In this document: one piece after another, positions 51,825 through 60,527 of the stretch
Layout of the letters: the number at the start of each line of letters is the position of its first letter
Position numbering within the stretch: position 1 is the first letter of the stretch
Assembly: GCA_963764345.1 (NCBI GenBank)
Contig: CAVXSF010000008.1
Location: 206,706-270,705, forward strand
Length of the DNA: 64,000 bases
From: an uncultured Bacteroidales bacterium
GTDB taxonomy: Bacteria > Bacteroidota > Bacteroidia > Bacteroidales > GCA-2748055
Direction: 5' to 3'
Made by a program: the position numbers and the translations under genes
Notes under the pieces: model-generated
Told to the model about the DNA's origin: nothing
The model's database searches: none
What the model saw: the letters and a program-made list of their open reading frames with translations, nothing else

Positions 51825-51951
51825 GAGGGAGGGGTGAAGAAGTGAAGAAGGTAGAGGTTGGAGGTTGGAGGTTAGAGGTTAGAAAGTTAGAGAGTTAGAA
51901 AGTTAGAAAGTTAAGAGGTTAAGAAGTTAGGAAGGGAAGAGGGGGAAGGAG
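51825..51951. repeat. Stack of purine-rich 7-8-nt tandem blocks (GTGAAGA, GGTTGGA/GGTTAGA, GTTAGAAA, GTTAAGAR)
   Basis: ggtgaaga agtgaaga .. gttggag gttggag gttagag gttagaaa gttagaga gttagaaa gttagaaa gttaagag gttaagaa gttaggaa. Confidence 0.9.
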
Positions 51952-52410
51952 GAATGATCCTTTGAATTGTATCTTCCCAACCGAGGAGCGGTAGCCCATG
52001 CATAGCCACAGAAAGTTAGAAAGTTAGAAAGTTAGAAAGTTATGGAGTTAAGAGGTTAAGAAGTTAAGAAGGGAAGAGGGGGAAGGAGGAATGATCCTTG
52101 GAATTGTATCTCCCCGAACCGAGGAGCGGTAGCCCATGCATAGCCACAGAAGGTTAGAAAGTTAGAAAGTTAGAAAGTTATGGAGTTAAGAGGTTAAGAA
52201 GTTAAGAAGGGAAGAGGGGGAAGGAGGAATGATCCTTGGAATTGTGTCCCCCGAACCGCGGAGCGGTAGCCCATGCATAGCCACGGTTTTGCCCGTGGTG
52301 GTTATGACCGGTGAAAGACGCAGGGACGAAAAGGAAAAAGAATAATCCCTGGAATCGGTCCCCCGAACCGCAGAGCGGTAGCTCATGCATAGCCATGGTT
52401 TTGCCCGTGG
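51873..52410. repeat. About 138-bp tandem repeat, three full units plus one partial core copy, each with a microsatellite head and a conserved ~60-nt core
   Basis: The unit ends ..CATGCATAGCCACAG at 52011 and 52149 and ..CCACGG at 52286, giving periods of 138 and 137. Core: GGAATGATCCTTGGAATTGTrTC.CCCGAACCGnGGAGCGGTAGCCCATGCATAGCCAC. A partial core lies at 52337-52398. CCAYGG-TTTTGC-CCGTGG hairpins lie at 52281-52298 and 52393-52410. Confidence 0.9.
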
Positions 52411-52854
52411 TAGGAATGGTCGTCGTTCCAGGGAACCCGGGAAGGCTTCAATAATCGTATCCAGGTTTTTTGATTGTGGTGGGAATGCCCGGAATTTCTG
52501 CGTTATGATGGGGAGTTCATCATGATTCCAGACAATTCCGGAAACATCGCGAGGAAAATTTCATTCCTGTTCAGAAGCCCCGAAATGGTCCTATACAAAA
52601 AAGGACTGAAATATTCTTGCAGTGAAGGAAAAAAATATGTATTTCGGCTGGCATTCGTCAAAATGAGAATCATCATTTTGGGTGAGTTGATAACTTTTCG
52701 TCAAAAAGGTAAAAACAGGACGCTGAGATTTGGGGGGTTGAAAGGATTAAGGGGCGGTGTGTTGGAAGGTGGGGGAGGGATCCCATTTCAAGAAAAGACA
52801 TCCTTAGAATAACGAAGCCCCTTACTCTGCCCCGACGTTAATACTCCTTCTGAG

Positions 52855-52906
52855 TCCTTCGAAATTCAGATTCACCACAGTCCTTCGAAATTCAGTTTCA
52901 CCACAG
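52855..52906. repeat. 26-nt direct repeat x2 (TCCTTCGAAATTCAGwTTCACCACAG)
   Basis: Two adjacent copies that differ at one position. Confidence 0.85.
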
Positions 52907-52943
52907 ATCCCGATAACTATAAAGGACAGATTATCACAGATTA
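52899..52943. repeat. About 45-nt ACAGAT-rich element, copy 1
   Basis: CACCACAGATCCCGATAACTATAAAGGACAGATTATCACAGATTA. An inverted copy lies at 56731-56773. Confidence 0.75.
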
Positions 52944-53080
52944 CCGATTGTTGTCGGTACAGTATAAACAGATTGGGTATCCAGTTTTTTTATAGACGCG
53001 AAGCATCACGTCTCAACGATTTGGTTTTTCATTCAATATTCAGATCTCCTTTCTCCGTATCATTCGATATTCTATTTCAA

Positions 53081-53285
53081 TCTCTCAATCTCTCAATCCC
53101 TCAATCCCTCAATCCCTTAATCCCTCAATCCCTTAATCCCTTAATCCCTCAATCTCTCAATCCCTAACTCCCTAACTCCCTAACTCCCTAACTCCCTAAC
53201 TTTCACCTTTCACCTTTCACCTTTCACCTTTCACCTTTCGCCTTCACTCTAACCCCTAACCTCCTAATCCTAACCCCTAACCTCC
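53081..53285. repeat. Stack of four pyrimidine-rich tandem blocks: TCYCTYAA x10, TCCCTAAC x5, TTTCRCC x6, TAACCYC-type x5
   Basis: Read directly from the sequence. The array ends 8 nt before the stop codon of the methyltransferase gene. Its reverse complement gives GGTGAAA / GTTAGGGA / TTGAGGGA, the same motif families as 51825-51951. Confidence 0.95.
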
Positions 53286-53292
53286 TCCGCCC

Positions 53293-53944
53293 TCACTTCT
53301 TCCGTATCACCATCAGCCCGTCACGTAACGGAAGGATAAAATTTTCCACCGCCGCATCCCCTGTAACATACGCGTTGAAAGCTTCGATACCTAGCGTGGC
53401 TGAGTCTTTGTTTTTGCCGGGGTCGAGGACTTTTCCATACCAGAGAACATTATCGGCAATAATGATCCCACCCGGGGAAAGTCTGGGCAGCACAAGTTTA
53501 TAATATTCGACATATTCTTCTTTTTCGCCGTCGATGAAGACCAGGTCGAAGGTGTCGTTTAGGTTGGGGATGAGTTTCAGGGCATCACCGTTAATCCTTT
53601 TGATCTTTTCCGTCCAGTCCGGCCTTACGGAAAAAGCCATCGCTTACGTCGTTGAGTTCGTCATTGACTTCGAGGGTGATCAGTCGGCCATCGTCTTTCA
53701 GTCCGCGGGCCAGGCATATGGCCGAGTATCCGGTGAAGGTCCCGATTTCCAGGATACGTGAGGGCCGGACCAGCCTGCTGACAAGCTCCAGAAGTTTACC
53801 CTGTACCGGTCCAGACAGCATGGAGGGGAAGGCGGTATTCAGACCGGTGAATCTTCGGATTTCCGCCAACAGCGGATCTTCAGGAGACGAGTGTGCTTCG
53901 ATATACCGGTTCACAATATTTGTGGATTCAAATTGTTCCATCAT
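53293..53944 (-). pseudogene. Class I SAM-dependent O-methyltransferase (family 3, caffeoyl-CoA-OMT/YrrM-like), frame broken in a T4/A4 run at 53606-53609
   Basis: Track ORFs 53591..53944 (..ILEIGTFTGYSAICLARGL..FFRKAGLDGK) and 53293..53640 (IKRINGDALKLIP..DLVFIDGEKEEY..GGIIIADNVLW) join into one standard OMT if 1 nt is removed. Confidence 0.8.
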
Positions 53945-55161
53945 TTGTAGTGTAAAAGGGATAATATTTTTGGATCGAGGATCTCATTGGCGACTTCAAG
54001 AATATGGGAGGCTGTGATGGACTCGATTTTTTCACCAATCTCTCCAAGACTGTCGTAACGGTCATAGAGAAGTATGCTTTTTCCAAGGGTGAGCATGAGG
54101 TGTTCATTGCTCTCGGAGGCAATGGCAACCTGTCCCATCAGTTGTTTCTTGGCTTTGCTGAGTTGCAGGGTACCGAGTTTTTCCTCTCTCAGTCTCTGAA
54201 ATTCGCGGTACACCAGGATGAGGCTTTTTTCGAACTTATCCTTGTCGCTGCCGAAATAGATGTCGAGGATACCGGTGTCGGTGTAGGGAGCATACTGGGA
54301 TTCGACATTATAGGAGTATCCGGTTTTCTCCCGTAGGCTCATATTGAGACGGCTGGTCATCCCGGGACCACCCAGGAGGTTGTTAAGCAGGGCCAGAGGG
54401 TACCGTTTTTCTGAATACGCATCATAAGCCACATTACCAATGATGCAATGCGACTGGTGAGTGTGTTTGTCAACCGTCCGGTGCATGGGTTCATAGGTAT
54501 CGGGCCTGGTGCGCTTCCTGAGACGATCTTTCATAACTACCTGACCGAAATATTTCTCACATAGTTTTCTGTACTGGCTGAAGCTGAGATCACCAACGGA
54601 GCAGAGCACCATTTCGCTGGTAGCATAGTTGTGCCGGATGAAATGGTTGACATCGTCATGGGAGAAGCGCATAATCTGTTTCTCATCGCCAAGGATACTG
54701 CGGCCGATGGGATGACGGTTGAAGACCTGTTCCTCAAACTCGTCGTAGATCAGCTCGGAAGGGGTATCAAGGTAAGACATGATCTCGTCGACAATAACGC
54801 TTTTCTCCCTGTCGAGCTCGCGGGGCGGAAACACCGAGTTGAAGCAGATATCGTAAACCAGTTCAATAGCCCGTTCATAGTCCTGTTTAAGAAAGGAAGC
54901 ATAAATGCAGGTCTCCTCCTTGGTAGTATATGCGTTCAGTTCACCACCCACATCTTCAAGGCGGGAGAGGATATGAAAGGCTTTCCGTTTACGGGTACCT
55001 TTAAAGATCACATGTTCGATAAAATGGGCCATGCCGTTCTCGCGGACTTTTTCATCGCGTGATCCGGTATGGACCATAAAACCGAAATGTGCCGCCATGT
55101 TGCCCTCCTGAAGGTGGGCCAGCCGGATGCCGTTGGGCAGGGTGTGCGTCTGTAGATTCAT
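53941..55161 (-). CDS. M16 family (pitrilysin/insulinase-like) zinc peptidase
   Basis: HxxEH motif in GMAHFIEHVIFKGT and a downstream E in the LNAYT..E region. A 4-nt overlap links it to the OMT start. The ATG at 55161 is preferred over the track start. Confidence 0.8.
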   Translation of the reverse strand: MNLQTHTLPNGIRLAHLQEGNMAAHFGFMVHTGSRDEKVRENGMAHFIEHVIFKGTRKRKAFHILSRLEDVGGELNAYTTKEETCIYASFLKQDYERAIELVYDICFNSVFPPRELDREKSVIVDEIMSYLDTPSELIYDEFEEQVFNRHPIGRSILGDEKQIMRFSHDDVNHFIRHNYATSEMVLCSVGDLSFSQYRKLCEKYFGQVVMKDRLRKRTRPDTYEPMHRTVDKHTHQSHCIIGNVAYDAYSEKRYPLALLNNLLGGPGMTSRLNMSLREKTGYSYNVESQYAPYTDTGILDIYFGSDKDKFEKSLILVYREFQRLREEKLGTLQLSKAKKQLMGQVAIASESNEHLMLTLGKSILLYDRYDSLGEIGEKIESITASHILEVANEILDPKILSLLHYK

Positions 55162-55323
55162 GGAGGCAAAGGTAGCAAAAATTAACAGCGGAGAGGCGTT
55201 AAGAGTGGACTGCGTCTGCAAAATCATGCAAAAATAAATGGTATCAAATCATGAAACTATCGTGATCATTCTGTGACACTTACACGGGAAATTAGCATCA
55301 GATTAATTTAAAAATATAATGTT

Positions 55324-56622
55324 ATGAAAAAAGCACTGTTTACGATGAGTTTAATTCTCGTTGCTGCCATTTTTAACGGGTGTAACAAGTATGAACTGGC
55401 TGATGCCCTTAAGTATGGGAAAGGTCATGGAAAGGCACCGAAAGGCAGCTTCGTGGTAAGGATTGAAAACGTATCCACACCCTACGATTATTTTGCTGCG
55501 GGAGCGCAGTTCATCGCCGACGGTAAAGATACGCCCGGACCGGCTCACCCGGGCGAGTCATTTACCGTGAAATTCCATGCAGGACCAGGACACCGGCTCT
55601 CTTTCGCCACCATGTACGGCGCATCCAATGATCTTTATTATGCACCTTCAGACGGAGGTATTCAGCTGTTTAACGGCACCACCCCCACCACAGGTGATAT
55701 AACCGGGATGATCAGTCTTTGGGATGCCGGGACTGAAGTGAACCATGCCCCGGCATCGGGAGAAGACGGCGCCAATGAATCGGTTCCGGTTGAGAGCGTC
55801 CGGAATACCGATAATGTCATGGACGGATTCACCTACAATACTGTTGAACAGAACATCAAAGTAATGCTTGACTATGACGGGACAAGCATGTTCACCTTAA
55901 CCGTGCAGGACCTGGCCGGATCGAGCACACCGCTGTCACCGGTTGCCTGGGTGGTGCACTACGACGGGCAGAAGCCGATTTTTACCGAAGGACAATTGGA
56001 TTACGGTCATGGTCTTGAAGACCTGGCTGAAACGGGTAATGCAGAACCGTTAAGTACCTACCTTGAAATGAACAGCGGTTATGTTTCACCGGTTGCTCCC
56101 GGCGTGTGGGTCGTTCACAAGCAGGGTCAGAAACCGATTTTTAAAGAGGGCAAACCCGATTATGGCCAGGGACTGGAGAAGCTTTCTGAAGTCGGCGATC
56201 CGTCAGAAGTATACAATTCACTGGTTGCAGGGGGTTATAACGCCGGTGTTTACAACATACCCGACGGGGCTTCAGATCCCGCTCCGCTCATGCCCGGACA
56301 GTCGTACACGTTTGTCGTCCAGGCCAAAGTGGGTGACTACCTCAGTTTTGCCTCCATGCTGGGTAAATCGAATGACGAGTTCTTTGCTCCCGGTGATATG
56401 GGCATCCGGTTGTTTGATGGTGCGACAGCAATTGGCGGAGATATAACAGGAAAGATCATGCTGTGGGATGCCGGTACGGAAGTGAATGAGTACCCCGGCG
56501 CCGGAATTCACGAGGGTGGTAACGGAGGCATCGATGAATCACAGGATGTAATGACCGTGAACGACCAGTTCATGTGGCCCGCGGTATCCCAGGTCATTAA
56601 AGTATCTATCATGGCTTTATAG
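55324..56622 (+). CDS. Lipoprotein with two spondin_N-like domains flanking two short PVAPGVWVVH..GQKPIF repeats
   Basis: Lipobox (IFNGC). The module is duplicated internally (HPGESFTVKFHAGPGHRLSFATMYGASNDLYYAP / MPGQSYTFVVQAKVGDYLSFASMLGKSNDEFFAP, each followed by GDITGxIxLWDAGTEVN). The family assignment is from memory. Confidence 0.5.
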   Translation: MKKALFTMSLILVAAIFNGCNKYELADALKYGKGHGKAPKGSFVVRIENVSTPYDYFAAGAQFIADGKDTPGPAHPGESFTVKFHAGPGHRLSFATMYGASNDLYYAPSDGGIQLFNGTTPTTGDITGMISLWDAGTEVNHAPASGEDGANESVPVESVRNTDNVMDGFTYNTVEQNIKVMLDYDGTSMFTLTVQDLAGSSTPLSPVAWVVHYDGQKPIFTEGQLDYGHGLEDLAETGNAEPLSTYLEMNSGYVSPVAPGVWVVHKQGQKPIFKEGKPDYGQGLEKLSEVGDPSEVYNSLVAGGYNAGVYNIPDGASDPAPLMPGQSYTFVVQAKVGDYLSFASMLGKSNDEFFAPGDMGIRLFDGATAIGGDITGKIMLWDAGTEVNEYPGAGIHEGGNGGIDESQDVMTVNDQFMWPAVSQVIKVSIMAL

Positions 56623-56663
56623 TTTGAGGGTTAGATGCTCGTGATGAGAGCCATGTATTGAGA

Positions 56664-56700
56664 CCCGCCGGTTTTTCCTAATGGAACCGGCGGGTTTTTA
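56664..56700 (+). terminator. Rho-independent terminator after the spondin-like gene
   Basis: CCCGCCGGTT / AACCGGCGGG stem followed by T5. Confidence 0.7.
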
Positions 56701-56730
56701 TTATAATTAAACCAGATCAGAAACATAAAA

Positions 56731-56773
56731 TATCTGTGTCAATCTGTCCCGTATAGTAATGGGATCTGTGGTT
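56731..56773. repeat. About 45-nt ACAGAT-rich element, copy 2 (inverted)
   Basis: The reverse complement, CAACCACAGATCCCATTACTATACGGGACAGATTGACACAGATA, matches 52899-52943 at roughly 36 of 44 positions by eye. Confidence 0.7.
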
Positions 56774-56790
56774 GAAAAGAGGAGGTTTAC

Positions 56791-56970
56791 CCTGGCCGGC
56801 TCAATCACTCTTGCGCCAGATGCCTTGAAACTACCGGGGCTATCCCGGAAATGATGATGAAGGAATGGGAATACGGAGTAGGCGGGGCGAGGATGAAATG
56901 CCGGAGGATTTCATCTGCCGCTTGTAATCAGTATGCAACAGCCTCCGGCGATATCATCGATCATATGACT
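56791..56970 (+). pseudogene. Decayed fragment of a dienelactone-hydrolase paralogue
   Basis: CCCTGGCCGGCTCAATCACTCTTGCGCCAGATGCC...GGATGAAATGCCGGAGGATTTCATCTGCCGC aligns with 60004-60140 of the intact gene (CCCTGGCCGGCTTTATCAGTCTGGCCCCGGATGCC...GAATGAAATGCTGGAGGATTTCATCGCCGCC). The fragment has no intact reading frame. Confidence 0.65.
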
Positions 56971-57021
56971 CCCATCTCCAACTACAATTGTTAGCCGGGT
57001 TCATCTGCGAAAATCACAATC

Positions 57022-59287
57022 CTAAAATTCATCGAACGAAATCATATTTTCGGGAACGCCGAGGCCTGCCAGCATTTTCGTCCCTGCCTCAATCAACGCA
57101 GGCGGGCCGCAAAGGTAATATTCAACCTCACCGGGATGTTTATGGTCCTTCAGGTATTTTTTCAGTAATACCTCGTGAATAAATCCTCTGTCACCATGCC
57201 AGTTGTCATGTTTGCCGGGTTCTGACAAGGCCGCATGAAAGGTAAAATTATCGTTGGTTTCAGCCAGATTTTTAAAATAGTCATCGTAGAAAAGATCATC
57301 CAATGTTCGGGCTCCGTACCAGAAACTCACCTTCCGTTTCGTTTTCAATGATTCGAACAGGTACGACACGTGTGACCGGAGGGGCGCCATTCCAGCTCCT
57401 CCGCCTAAATAAACCATCTCCCTGTCCGAATCTTTGATGTAAAAATCACCGTAGGGTCCTTTCAGCATTACTTCATCACCCGGTTTCAGGTTAAACACAT
57501 ACGAGGTCCCGATTCCCGCAGTGATGTTCCTGTCACCGGGCGGCAGGGAAATCCGCACATTGAACCGGAGCAGCCGGTCCTTTTCGGGATTATTCGCCAT
57601 GGAGAAGTTACGTTTTGTATGGATCGTATTCCTGGAAAAGCAGTCGAATAATCCCAGGTCCTTCCAGGTTTTATCATACGGATTATCAATCAGGATCTGG
57701 TCAAAAGTTATGTCAAACGGAGGGATCATCAATTGAATATATTCACCCGGCCTAAATGTGAAGTTCTTCTCTTCTAATGTTTCCAGGACAAGTTCTTTAA
57801 TAAAGGCTGCCACATTATGATTGCTCACCACCCTGAACCTTATTTCCCTATCCGTATCCGGGATGGAGGCTTTCTTTTTGCCGGAAATGTGCAGGTACAC
57901 CTTATCGTCATCCAGACTTACGTTAAACGTACGAATGGCAACACATGCCGGTATCCGTTTGGGAGACCCGTCTTTAATACTGAACCGGCCATTGTGTTTG
58001 GGGCACTCGATCAGGTCCCCGATAACCACTCCTTCAGCCAGATGGGCATTACTGTGGGAGCAAATACCGTCTGTGGCGTAAAATTTGTTTTCATCCGTTC
58101 TGTATATGGCATATGTTCTCTGGTTGAAATCAAAGCGGACCACATCTCCTTTTGGAAGGTCACCAATACGGCAAACTTCAATCCGGCTGTCCACCACCCT
58201 TGAAGGATCTCCCGTAATGATCTCCTTCTGTTCCATCTGGTGACCGGCGCCTTCAGGCAGTTTCCGTTCCACAAAATAGTATGGATCTTTCCGTTGCTTC
58301 AGGAGGGTGGGGATCATCTCCCGGTATACTTCAAGGATCCCGATATACGGCGTGGGGCAATCGTTCTTCACCAATTCATGCAAACGCGGGAGGGCATGAT
58401 AGGGTACAAGAGGGAACATATGATGTTCAACGTGGTAATTCATATTCCAGTACAAATACCGGTGCAGCCGGTTCATGTAAACGGTCCGGCTGTTCAGCCG
58501 GTGGTCAAGCACATTCTCCTGTAAACCGGCGTGTTGGGTTAACCCGTATAACTGTAACAACCATGAACCAAAGAGGGTCGGAATTCCAACATACATCAAA
58601 GGCAGGATGCTGCCGATAATAAACCGACAGACCGATCACACATAAAAATATGAGCATATAGATCCGTGCTTCGAGGATGATCTTCTTATAATCGGATTCA
58701 GGAACATAGGTTGCCACCTCAGGGTCTATTTTCCCTGCAATATGCCGGAATAACCTCTTTGCCTCGGGAATGGTACCACCCAGGCCAAAAAATCCACGTA
58801 TCACCTTATTCAAATTCGGAGGCCGCGGTACAGAAATCTCTGGATCACGACCCCTGATAATGGTATCACTGTGATGACGGGCATGGCTCCACCGCCAGGC
58901 AGTTGACTGCCTGAAAACCATAAATGAAGCGATCTTATATAAAAGATTATTCATCCAGTCCGTCTTGAAGGCGGTACCGTGACCCGCCTCATGCCACCTT
59001 GAATCGGAGGTGGAAGCATACAGTGTACTATAAATGATATAAGGAAGAATAAACCACCAGGTACCCCATAACAGGAAGACGAGGAAGCCTGAACCTATGA
59101 TAAGACCGAACCAGATGATCGTATCCCTGAGAGCAGGACCGTCTTTCCTGACCAGCAGCTCGCGCATTTTTTCCCTGGGAACAGGCGACTGATACCATTC
59201 TGCATCAGCCAGCCCTGCTTTTATCGCCTTTTTTGTTTCAACGCCAATCAGGCTGTAATCCCTGACCATTTCCTGAGTTTCTTCCAT
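57022..59287 (-). pseudogene. Fusion of a membrane di-iron fatty-acid-desaturase-family domain, a Rieske [2Fe-2S] domain and an NqrF/FNR-like FAD-NAD(P)H reductase; frame broken near 58615
   Basis: His boxes HEAGH and HARHH lie in ORF 58505..59287 and HVEHH in ORF 57022..58599. The Rieske motif is CSHSNAH..x16..CPKHNGRF. The reductase motifs are RNFSMANNP and GGGAGMAPLRSH. The two ORFs join at ..GLSVYY / GSILPLMYVGIPTLFG with a 1-nt shift. Confidence 0.8.
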
Positions 59288-59630
59288 ATAATTCCTGCGG
59301 ATAAAGGGAAATTAGAAATCATTTAATGTGGTACGACGGATCCATGTGCCAATATAAGAACCAGACAGCCGTGATTTTGTTTACGACCGGGGGATACGGG
59401 ACTTCATCCATTCTATCGCACTCCAGTGGATTCGCAATCATCCAAGTCTGAACATGTCGCCCGATTCCCTGCAGGCATCAATCTTCTCATCACAAAATAG
59501 CATCCTTAAATATTATCAGGACCCGATAAACGGTGTGCAGCCTTCCCCTTGCCCTGTTATATTTCCTGCAGCCTTTTGCCATAAGAGTTTGTTGAACTAT
59601 TCCTGATTCCGTTTTGTTCTTACCTTACAA

Positions 59631-60527
59631 ATGATTTCTATGAACACAATCAATAAGGAAAACATTCCTCAGGAAGTATTTGATCTGTATGACGCCTATG
59701 CTCATAACAAGATCGACAGAAGAAAATTCATCGACAGGCTCTCCACCTATGCAGTAGGAGGGATCACCGTAGGGGCTTTGATGAGTTTTATGATGCCACG
59801 TTACCAGGAAACAGTTCAGGTTAGTCAGGATGATCCAGGATTGACTACAGAATACGTTACCTATGAATCTCCCAAAGGCGGAGGCTCAATTCGCGGTCAG
59901 CTGTCGCGGCCAAAGAATGCAGGCGGCAGATTGCCGGGCATTGTCGTTGTTCATGAAAACAGGGGACTGAATCCGTATATCGCGGATGTAGGGCGCAGGC
60001 TTGCCCTGGCCGGCTTTATCAGTCTGGCCCCGGATGCCCTGACACCACTGGGGGGCTATCCAGGAAATGATGATGATGGAAGGGAATTACAGAGTAAGCG
60101 GGACAGGAATGAAATGCTGGAGGATTTCATCGCCGCCTTTGAATATCTGAAATCCAGTTCAGAATGTACAGGAAAGGTTGGTGTTGTCGGCTTTTGCTTC
60201 GGCGGCTGGATCACAAATATGATGGCCGTGAAAGTGCCTGACCTGGCTGCAGCGGTTGCATTTTATGGTGTACAGCCCTCTCCAGAATTGGTTCCTGAGA
60301 TTCATGCTCCCTTATTGTTACACTATGCAGCTCTCGACAATCGTGTGAATGAGGGATGGCCGGCCTATGAAGCAGCATTGAAAAAATATCACAAGGAGTA
60401 TACAGCCTATATATATCCGGATGTCAATCACGGCTTCCATAATGACTCGACACCACGGTATGATAAAGCTGCCGCTGAGCTTGCCTGGAAAAGGACCCTG
60501 GATTTCTTTCTGGAGAAATTGAAATAG
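59631..60527 (+). CDS. Dienelactone hydrolase family protein with a Tat-type signal
   Basis: Twin-arginine motif (DRRKFIDRLSTYAVGG), a VVVHENRGL region, nucleophile motif GFCFGG, and C-terminal HGFHN. Confidence 0.85.
   Translation: MISMNTINKENIPQEVFDLYDAYAHNKIDRRKFIDRLSTYAVGGITVGALMSFMMPRYQETVQVSQDDPGLTTEYVTYESPKGGGSIRGQLSRPKNAGGRLPGIVVVHENRGLNPYIADVGRRLALAGFISLAPDALTPLGGYPGNDDDGRELQSKRDRNEMLEDFIAAFEYLKSSSECTGKVGVVGFCFGGWITNMMAVKVPDLAAAVAFYGVQPSPELVPEIHAPLLLHYAALDNRVNEGWPAYEAALKKYHKEYTAYIYPDVNHGFHNDSTPRYDKAAAELAWKRTLDFFLEKLK

Noticed and set aside
51873-52410. The possibility that the 138-bp repeats form a CRISPR array
   Set aside because: The intervals between conserved cores are themselves repeated (microsatellite heads), so there are no unique spacers. 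The unit is far longer than a CRISPR repeat-spacer period, and no cas genes are in the window.
52474-52812. A 112-aa ORF inside the non-coding island
   Set aside because: It has no ribosome-binding context, signal or motif, its composition tracks the G-rich repeats at its 3' end, and its start is an alternative codon. I treat it as non-coding, but expression data could revise this.
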